Below, one piece after another: positions 39,301 to 48,749 of a stretch of 64,000 nucleotides of DNA; the first letter of the stretch is position 1; each line of letters opens with the position of its first letter. Under the pieces are notes generated by a model. It had not been told where the DNA came from. It made no database searches and was given only the letters and a program-made list of their open reading frames with translations. The stretch is from Pristiophorus japonicus. Its lineage: Eukaryota. Location: the NCBI RefSeq assembly GCF_044704955.1, contig NC_091995.1, positions 34,472,001 to 34,536,000 on the forward strand, written 5' to 3'. Position numbers and translations under genes: made by a program.

Positions 39301-41769
39301 CATGGCCTCGCCCCTCCCTATCTCTGTAATCTCCTCCAGCCCCACATCCGCCGAGATATCTGCGCTCCTCTAAATCTGGCCTCTTGACCATCCCTGATTA
39401 TAATCACTCAAACATCGGTGGCCGTGTCTTCTGCTGCCTGGGCCCCAAGCTCTGGAACTCCCTCCCTAAACCTCTCCGCCTCTCGATGGGGAGTGGGCAG
39501 GGAAGTGGAGTTAAGGCAGGATCAGATAGCCATGATCTTATTTAATGGTGGAGCAGGCTCGAGGGGCCAAATGACCTACTCCTGTTACTATTTCTTATGT
39601 TCTTATGTTCTCTACCTCTCTTTCCTCCTTCAAGACTCTCCCTAAAACCTACCTCTTTGACCAAGCTTTTGGTCACATGCCCTAATTCCTCCTTAAGTGG
39701 CACAGTGTCAAATTTTCTGCCTTATAACAATCCTGTGAAGCGCCTTGAGACGTTTTACTATGTTAAAGGCGCTAGGTAAATATAAGTTGTTGTTGTTGCA
39801 GAAAATACCAGATCAGAGACATACGGTTAAGTTCATCCATCTGATGAGCCAACATTACCGGGATCTCCAACCAATTTATTTCATCTTGAATTTTCCAATC
39901 GCATCCTCACATCGGAGAGCCCCCACCTGCCTGAAATCGTGCGCCTCCAGTTCAAGATTGTTGGTTCATTCAAATGAATCCGATAAAGTATCCGTGAGAG
40001 AGGGGCGAAGATATTCTTCAGGTATAAAGGTACTTGGGCCAAAGGAGATCAGCCTGGCATTGGAGTTCACTGTGTGGAGGATGAATACTGATAACGGATA
40101 AGATTATGAGGGGGCTTGACAAGGTGGATGCAGAGAGGATGTTTCCACTGATGGGGGAGACTAGAACTAGAGGGCATAATCTTAGAATAAGGGGCCGCCC
40201 ATTTAAATCTGAGATGAGGAGGAATTTCTTCTCTCAGAGGGTTGTAAATCTGTGGAATTCGCTGCCTCAGAGAGCTGTAGAAGCTGGGACATTGAATAAA
40301 TTTAAGACAGAGATAGACAGCTTCTTAACCGATAAAGGATTAAGGGGTTATGTGGATCGGGCAGGGCAGTGGAGCTGAGTTCATGATCGGATCAGCCATG
40401 ATTTTATTGAATGGCAGAGCAGGCTTGAGCGGCCGTATGGCCTACTCCTGCTCCTATTTCTTATGTTCTTATTAACTTGGGTTCTCACTGTTTCCCTATG
40501 ATCCCACTACCACTGAAGCTAGACAGAAACAACAGGAACTCCAACCTAACAGGCCGGGCGGGAATCCCACGGGATTTACAGTCCACCCGAAATTAATCTC
40601 CACTGACTTCAGTCTGGTCCCGTGCAGCCTGAGGCCGGCTTTCCCAATGTTAAATGTCGCGCATGCGAATGGGCAGCGCAGCCCCTTAAAGGGGCCACGG
40701 ACCCGGAAAAAAAATTAGGGGGACATTTGTACCTGCACGATTTTACCCTCCATTGTGACATTCCAGCTGATCCCGCCAGTTTCCCGCCAGGCGACTCAGG
40801 TTAAAATTGCCCCCAGTCACACACACGCTACAATTCATGCTAATAATGATTGTATTCCAATCATTACCGGACTCCCATTAAGGGAGGTAGGTTAAAATTT
40901 CCCTCAGTCACACACACTACAATTCATTCCAACAATGATTGTATTCTAATCACTACCGGACCCATAAGGACAGAAGGAAGACATATTTTACTGCACAGTT
41001 TGCTACAGTGATATGAAGCATACAAATCAGGCATTATTTCACAAATGTGCCAACATAAGTTACGACAAAGCAGAGACACGCCAGGAGAGAGGCCAAAGTG
41101 ATCCTGATGACGTTTACAGTCCTGGTAGAATTGGCTGTCCCAGCCCTTGTGCAGGGTCCCCAGACTCCATCCGCTTGATCCCCGGTTAATGGAAAATAAA
41201 TAAAAGCAAGTTAGACTTCTCATTGTGTCACACTGTGTATACAAAGAAAGAATTTATACAACGCTTTTCACAACCACCAGACATCCCAAAGCGCTTTACA
41301 GCCAATGAAGTACTTTTTGGAGTTTGTTCACTGTTGCATTGTAGGAAACACATCAGCCAATTTGCACACAACCAACAGCAATGTGATAATGACCAGATAA
41401 TCTGTTTTTTTTTAATGTTGATTGAGAAATAAATATTGGCCAGAACACCAGGGATAACTCCCCTACTCTTCTTTGAAATAGTGCCATCGGATCTTTTACG
41501 TCCACCTGAGGGAGCAGACAGGGCCTCAGTTGAACATCTCATCCGAAAGACAGCACCTCTGACAGTGCAGCACTCCCTCAGCACTGCACTGGGGTGTCAG
41601 CCTAGATTTTTGTGCTCAAGTCTCTGGAGTTGAAAGGGCACTAAGGTTAAACTGAGGAATGGTTAAAATGACCCAATTGACTTTGGTTTCGACAATGGGT
41701 GCGACTGGTTTGGAAAGCCAGATTTACACACCGCGGAAAACTGAAAATCTACACATGTGATTTACTGAT

Positions 41770-42341
41770 TGTAGAAGAAAAAACCCAATCCTTGTCCTAG
41801 GTTAAAGGAAGGGTTAAGTTCGCTTTTGCTGACTCTGTACAATTCACGAAGCTGGAGAGAATTACCGAACCTTATCAACCTCAAAGAACAGAAAATTCTA
41901 TATACATGACTATCTGGTGTTTACATGAGTATCCAGATAGCTGGTTATCAACAGAAGGACAGGGAGAAACTATGCAAGAAAGAGATAAAATGTGCCTACC
42001 GGGATGACCTTTATAATGTATGAATAATGCTCATGTATAATAGATGACCTTTGTACTCACGGAATATATGAATAATGTTTATGTGTGAAGTTTTAGATAA
42101 AGTTCTTGCTTTGATGGCATTTACAAAGAATGAATAATGTACTTGAGTGGTAAGTTACAGATAAAATTCCTGTTTCAATAGTATAAGAATAGAGCACATT
42201 TGCCTGTTAACTTCAGAGTTCTGCCTTGGTAAGGACTAAGCGGGCTCTCCAAGATATCTTGTTAGTTTTAGTAATAAACTTCTCTCGAAGCAAATTCTGA
42301 AAGTCTCCGCCTGAGTTAATTTAAGCTAAGTTTCCTCGACA
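41770..42341 (+). repeat. ERV 5' LTR (572 bp)
   Basis: TGTAGAAG...CCTCGACA; TATAAG at 42182, AATAAA at 42273; near-identical to 50798-51373. Confidence 0.97.
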
Positions 42342-42346
42342 GTTTT

Positions 42347-42364
42347 TGGCGTGGTCGGCAGGAT
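42347..42364 (+). promoter_or_regulatory. Primer binding site, tRNA-Ser
   Basis: TGGCGTGGTCGGCAGGAT is complementary (one G:U) to the recalled vertebrate tRNA-Ser 3' end ...ATCCTGCCGACTACGCCA. Confidence 0.85.
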
Positions 42365-42687
42365 CTCTTTTAACGAGATCCAAAAAAGAACTAAAATTTA
42401 ACTTTTAAAGAAAAGAGGAATTAAAAAGAGGACCTTCCTAGCTGAAAGGAGGAAGGTACCTAGGCAGTCCAAAAGACAAAGGACAGGCCGCCGAAATCCC
42501 CAGGAGGGGGTGAGGCATTTAAGGTAGCTTCCGTAAAGAAGCTAAAGTAACAAAAAGGCAAAAGGAGACCCCGAGCTGAGCGGAAAAGAGAACACCGGTG
42601 AGCGCTTTGTAAGTTATTATTGCATATTTTGTAGGAGTGTTCTAACTCTCATTTCAGAAAAAACCGCGAGACGTTGCACCCGGAAGA

Positions 42688-44394
42688 ATGGGAAACGGCT
42701 CTAGTCGAGCAGGGCGCTTACGCCCAGTTCCTAGAGAAGGAAAGAAGGACGATCCCTCAACTGAAAGAATGAAGTTAAATCCTCAAACCGAGAAGAAAAT
42801 CCGTAAGGTAGTAAAGCAACGAGAGAAGGTAGGAGATCCCATTGTGCCGCCCGGCTCGCCGGCGGACACTGTAATTAACGAAACCGGAGACGACAGATAC
42901 GCGGTAACGTTTAGCAGCGATTTGTACGGTTGGTCTGATGGGGACTGGCCGTATGGAGGAAGTTTTAAGTTATCCTTAATAGAGGAATGGAGAAAAATAA
43001 CCAGAGAAGGAGGGGGAGACCCTACTTGGGACAAGGATTACATGGAAAATTGTTTTAATAAATGGATTGAGGTTGCTAAGAGACATCAGCCTCCGAAAAA
43101 TAAAAATTCGGAGAATAAATCAGGAGGAAAAGAAAAGGGGGAAAATGAAAAACCTCCCTCTTATAGCCCTCCAAACCTCCCTATCCCCTCAGCACCCACC
43201 GTGGGACTTTATCCTCGTATAGAACCCCCAAAGCGAAATAGCTGGCAGGAAATTATAGAAATGGTTATTGCCCATAGAGATCAAGCCCGGAGAGAACTAG
43301 CTGTCCTCCCGGCCCCACCACCTAATGGAGGAGCCGATGGAGGAAACCCGGAGTTATTAGGAGCAGGGGCTGAAGCAGCAGAGGGAGGGGAAGTCAATCA
43401 GAGATCTGGGATGAGTTCTCGACTAAGGTCGCAAACAACCCCAGCCCAGGCAGGAGCCGACTCTACCCTCCTCCTCCAAAATCCCAGGGTAATGATAGGA
43501 ACCACAGCGGTTTTAAAACTCTGGTCCCCGGGAGAGGCCAGAGATATGATCTCGGCCGCCCCAAATCCGGTGAAGAAACCGGTAGCATTCCACAACTGGC
43601 TTGAGCAAACATGCACAATTTACAATCCACTCCCAGGAAATGTTAAATTATTATTGCAAGCAGCCTATGGATCTTCCTGGCAGGGAGTAAAGGATATGTT
43701 CCCCATCCCAGCAGGGGAAAACGGAGACTGGAGAGTTAATGATGACTTGGTGGATGCCGGCAATGAGTCATTAAACCATTGGCTGAAACACCGAGGCAAG
43801 AACACAATTATGCAAGGGGCTAAAAAGCATGGGGATATAGGGGAAGTCACCCGCTGCTTACAGAAGGCGGAAGAATCAATGATAGACTTCGCCGGCAGAT
43901 GGAAAAATAGTTGGGACGAACATGCCGGAATACCCATGGATCAATATGAACCATTGGCAGTACAAACCTTGTTAAATTGTATGTTGCCACAACACGCGAG
44001 AACCTATAAAATAAAGGTTCTAGACTGGCAAGGAAAAGGTTGGAAAAAGACCATTACAGTACTAGCCAATATGGATAGAGAGGGACTATTTACCTATAGA
44101 GACAATAAGGCCAAAACGACAGGTCAATACGATCAGCAAAAAGGAAGAGGGTACACACAGAATAATAAAGGAGGGTTTGGGGGACAAGGACGAGGAAGGG
44201 GAAGGGGACAGTGGCCCCCACGAGATCGATCCCAAGATGAGTGTAGGAATTGTGGAAGAAAAGGACATTGGGCTCGGGATTGCAGATGCCCACCGAAGCA
44301 GCCTGGAAGGTTACAAGGGAACTTCCCCGAACCTCCACCTTCATTGATCCCTCAGTTCTCGTTCTCTAACCCCAACCCACACCAATCAGCATAG
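42688..44394 (+). CDS. gag: ERV Gag, intact 568 aa
   Basis: Myristoylation-type MGNGSS, late motifs PPSY/PSAP/LYPRI, MHR-like QKAEESMIDFAGR, single CCHC knuckle CRNCGRKGHWARDC; ends in TAG. Confidence 0.95.
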   Translation: MGNGSSRAGRLRPVPREGKKDDPSTERMKLNPQTEKKIRKVVKQREKVGDPIVPPGSPADTVINETGDDRYAVTFSSDLYGWSDGDWPYGGSFKLSLIEEWRKITREGGGDPTWDKDYMENCFNKWIEVAKRHQPPKNKNSENKSGGKEKGENEKPPSYSPPNLPIPSAPTVGLYPRIEPPKRNSWQEIIEMVIAHRDQARRELAVLPAPPPNGGADGGNPELLGAGAEAAEGGEVNQRSGMSSRLRSQTTPAQAGADSTLLLQNPRVMIGTTAVLKLWSPGEARDMISAAPNPVKKPVAFHNWLEQTCTIYNPLPGNVKLLLQAAYGSSWQGVKDMFPIPAGENGDWRVNDDLVDAGNESLNHWLKHRGKNTIMQGAKKHGDIGEVTRCLQKAEESMIDFAGRWKNSWDEHAGIPMDQYEPLAVQTLLNCMLPQHARTYKIKVLDWQGKGWKKTITVLANMDREGLFTYRDNKAKTTGQYDQQKGRGYTQNNKGGFGGQGRGRGRGQWPPRDRSQDECRNCGRKGHWARDCRCPPKQPGRLQGNFPEPPPSLIPQFSFSNPNPHQSA

Positions 44395-47300
44395 GGATGC
44401 CCCGGAGGCATAGTGGTACAGGTGGCAGCCCTCCGCTTATCAGCCGACATAGAAGAAAACCCTCTAGCAGTAGTAAAAGTAGGGAACACCTATGTGGAGT
44501 TCCTGGTGGATACCGGTGCTACTATGTCTTCTGTACCATCCTCTGTGGGATTACCTGTAAGCAACACAACCGTCTTAAGCTTGGGCGTGGCCGGTATCCC
44601 CATGAAAGAATTTTTATCTGAACCGACCAGATTGATTATTGAAGGACAACCAGTTAATGGCGAGGCTTTGATAGTCTCTAAAACAGCGCCTCTCCCTTTA
44701 TTAGGAAGACAGACTTTATGTAAATTGGGAGCCACAATTTATTGCACACAGGAGGGAATGTTCATGGAGCTCCCACCTAATAAAATCCATCAGTTCCTCA
44801 AGGGGATTGAGGGAGAAAAGGGGGAAGAGAGCTACGAAAAGGCTACCCTCTATTATTGGCAGTTGATTGGCAACTTCTATTCCCCTTTGATACAGGAAAT
44901 TGTACAAAACTTAAAAACTAAATTCGACTCTAATACCGAAGAATTGATTATATAATTTTAACAAGCTTTGAGGCAGTTCAGCTTCACTGCACAGCCTGGT
45001 ACACTCGACAGAAAGCTGAAACTTACCAGTGCTTAATACAGCCCTCTCTCAACAAAGAAGAGATAATAAAAGCTACACCCCGCATTTATTTCGGACCAGA
45101 AGGATTAGGGGTAGCCATGGATTTGACACCTTACAGCAGGAGCGGTTTAGAGAAGAAAACTCAACACCCCATCTGACATTAGCTGTAAAACCGCCGGCGA
45201 AACCCAGAGATATGGGTCCAATGATCGTAGAAATCGATAAGGAAAAACAGCAACCAGGTTATCAACCTTGGGCAGTAATAGGATTACAGAATGTTCAGAT
45301 AGAATTTATCACCCGCACTAGGGGGATTCTCTGGTGGACGGGTAAAGGTCATGCCTCCATTTTTAAAAAACAGCAGCCCCCTGAGCAACCGAGCCCTAAG
45401 CTGCCAATGGCATTGAATCAAGTATCTTCGGAACTTTGGGAAAAACATAAGGATCATGTTGGGAAAGTACACTCTGCAGTACCCCATCGGGTACAATTGA
45501 TAAAGAATGCCGTGTTACCAAGCATTAAGCAGTACAGACTGCCTCCAGAGGCAGAAGATGGGATAGAGCCAGTCATTTCTGCATTGTTGGATCAAGGAGT
45601 TCTAGAAAAGACACAGAGCCCATGTAACACTCCGATACTGCCCATACCAAAGGTTAATAGGCCGAATGAGTGGAGATTTGTGCAAGATCTGAGAGCTATT
45701 AACAAGATAGTGGTCCCTATCACCCCTGTGGTACCGGACACCAACATTATACTATCTGCTATCCCACCAACAGCAACTGTCTTTACGGTGGTAGATCTGT
45801 GTTCAGCCTTTTTCTCCATCCCATTAAGTCAAGAGAGTCAGTATCTGTTTGCCTTCACCTACAAGAAACAGCAGTACAACTGGACCAGGTTGCCCCAAGG
45901 GTATACAGAAAGCCCCGCAGTATATGCCGCTGCAGTAAAGAGAGACCTCGAAGACTGTACCTTATCAGACCAGTCCATACTGCTGCAGTATGCGGACGAT
46001 TTGCTTGTGGCTTCCAGCCACGGATATAGTTGTAAGCAGGACTCCCTGAAACTATTACAACACCTATGTGAAAGAGGGCACCGAGCATCGTTACAAAAAT
46101 TGCAGTTTTGTCAGACTCAAGTCCAGTACCTGGGTTTTAACATATCTCATGGGCAAAGGCAGTTAGGACCAGAAAGAATTCAGACAATACAAAAAGCCAC
46201 CATACCTAAGACAAAGAAGGATATCTTGTCATTTTTGGGGATGGTTGGGTACTGTAGACAATGGATCCCTGATTATCGGGAATGGGATGCAGTCCTAAGA
46301 TCAGCTGCTCTGAATGATGCCCCACCCAAGGTGGAGTGGACCCCAGAGAGAGAGGAGGCATTTAAACAGTTAAAGAAAGTGATCACTAATGCCCCGGCAT
46401 TGGGACTTCCAAATTATGGAAAACCTTTTCAACTGTATGTAAATGAAAAGGAAGGATTCGCAACAGCCGTACTAACCCAAGAACACGGTGGGGGAAATAG
46501 ACCAGTGGCTTATTATTCGGTTTTGCTGCCTCCAGTGGCATGTCTGCGTGCCATAGCAGCCACCGCGGTCATGGTAGAGAAGTCGGTACCTATTGTTTTG
46601 GACTATCCATGTACTGTCATGACAGCTCACGCTGTGTTATTACTGTTGAATTCCGCTGCCACACAACATTTTACAGCATCTAGAAGAACCGGTTATGAGG
46701 TATTACTGCTGTCACACCCTAATTATACCTTTCGGCGCGCACCAGTAGTAAACCCAGCCACTTTCCTTCCTACTACAAGTAGAAGATCCAGACCAGCATG
46801 ATTGTCTATTAACAGTGGAAATAGCCACCTTGCCAAGACCAGATTTGCTCACAGAGCCTATGGACAATCCTGATCTCATTCTCTACACAGATGGATCATC
46901 GAACAGGCCGTCAGATGATTTGCTTTTGGCAGGCTATGCAATTGTCAACCCCCATGAAACTGTTGAAGCATTTGCCCTGCCTCCCGGAACCTCGGCTCAG
47001 GCGGCTGAATTGTTTGCCCTCACCAGAGCTTGTATAATAGCAAAAGATCAAACTGCCAATATCTATACTGATTTCAGATATGCATTCGGTGTGGTCCATG
47101 ATTTTGGACAACTATGGAAAAACAGAGGCTTTATCACCTCTGGAGGAAAGCATATTAAGCACTCTCAATTGGTGCTTAATTTATTAGACGCCATTCAGTT
47201 GCCAAGTAGGGTGACCGTTATCAAATGCGCAGCTCACACAACCGGTGAGGATGGAGTATCAGGAGGAAATAGGAGGGCTGATGAAGCAGCCAAACAGGCC

Positions 47301-48508
47301 GCTTTGGCACAGGCAGACTGCCTTCAAGCAGTCTCAGTTTCCCCTCCACAGGTACTTGACATCCAACAACTTAAAACAGCCCAACAACAAGTTACCATGC
47401 AGGAAGGAAGGACTTGGGAAAACCAGGGTGGTTTTCTGAAAAACGACATCTGGTGTCACCCTGATGGGCGAATTGTTTGCCCTCGATCTCTATTTCTGCC
47501 CCTGTCTTGCCTAGCACACGGTCGGGCTCACATGGGCAAGGGAGGGATGATACATGCTATTAATGCACAGTGGTATGCACCAGGAATAACGGTGATAATT
47601 GAAAAAGTTGCTAGAACATGCCAAATTTGTCAACAAAATAACAGAGGTAAAACACCTGCTGAATATGATCATCTACCCCAACCAAGTATGCCCTTTGAAA
47701 ATTTACAAATTGATTTTGTCCACATGCCTCCAGTATCAGGTCTCAAGTATCTATTAGTCATAGTAGATATGTTCACAAGGTGGGTAGAAGCGTACGCCAC
47801 TAGGAGAGGCGATGCCCGAGCAGTAGTAAAAATTCTATTTAAAGAAATAATACCAAGATATGGGATACCTATGGGAATCAACAGTGACAGGGGAACCCAC
47901 TTCACAGGAAAAATAGTGAAAAATCTTGCAGAAGCATTAGGATTCCAGTGGAAGTTACATATACCATATCAGCCACAGTCCTCGGGAATGGTAGAAAGAA
48001 TAAATGGGATAATAAAATCTACCCTCACCAAGGTATGTCAGGAGACAGGACTAAAGTGGCCAGATGCCTTACCTTTGGTGCTGTATGCGATAAGAAACCA
48101 AAGAAACCGAAACACTGGTCTGACACCACATGAAGCCTTGTTGGGAAGACCAATGCCTACTGGCGTAAAACCACCACTGGTGGCTGAAAAAATAGCATTA
48201 ATTTGGAGTGATGAAAAATCACTAAAGTATGCTCAAGCCATGTGTGAAATAGCAAGGAGTCTGCATGAACAAATAAAGCAGACACAGGTGTCCCCGTCGG
48301 AAGGAAATATGCACCTTTCAGGCCAGGAGATCGAGTGTTAGTAAAAACTTTAAATAAAGAATCCTTTTCTCCTAGGTGGAAAGGACCATATCAGATCATC
48401 CTCACAACACGAACCGCTCTGAAGTTGGAAAAGCACCCGAACTGGGTGCATGCGACCCGTTGTAAATATTATTTCCCCGACGAATCACAGCCGAAAGAAA
48501 AAAGTTGA
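44395..48508 (+). pseudogene. pol: ERV pro-pol (protease, 2H phosphodiesterase, RT, RNase H, integrase), frameshifted
   Basis: FLVDTGA protease; RT WRFVQDLRAIN, LPQGYTESP, YADD; RNase H YTDGSS, SAQAAEL; integrase HHCC, IDF, SDRG, VERIN, and WKGPY. Frameshifts near 44945, 45130, 46780 and 48314; stop TGA at 48506-48508. Confidence 0.95.
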
Positions 48509-48593
48509 ACCAGGACGAGCTACGGTCGCCCGACTAAGAAAACAGCCATCTTCTCGCTGAAAGAACTGTACCTGCCCGTATATCCAGGGCCGA

Positions 48594-48749
48594 ATGTCCG
48601 AACTCATTTGTGCGCCAACTTGGGCCTTCATTGCTCTGGTCACTGTTACTATCGTGCTCGCATGTGGTTATTGTAACAAATTAGTTCAAGAGTGTTATAG
48701 AAGAAAACAGAAAAGAGAAGATGAGGTGGGGTTGTTGGAAGAACTATAA
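48594..48749 (+). CDS. Putative ERV accessory small transmembrane protein (51 aa)
   Basis: Hand translation: MSELICAPTWAFIALVTVTIVLACGYCNKLVQECYRRKQKREDEVGLLEEL*. Overlaps the env ATG in another frame. Confidence 0.55.
   Translation: MSELICAPTWAFIALVTVTIVLACGYCNKLVQECYRRKQKREDEVGLLEEL

Noticed and set aside
44940-45135. Programmed ribosomal frameshifts within pol
   Set aside because: No X XXY YYZ slippery heptamer at the shift points, and similar indels are scattered through pol and env, so decay or sequencing error is more likely.
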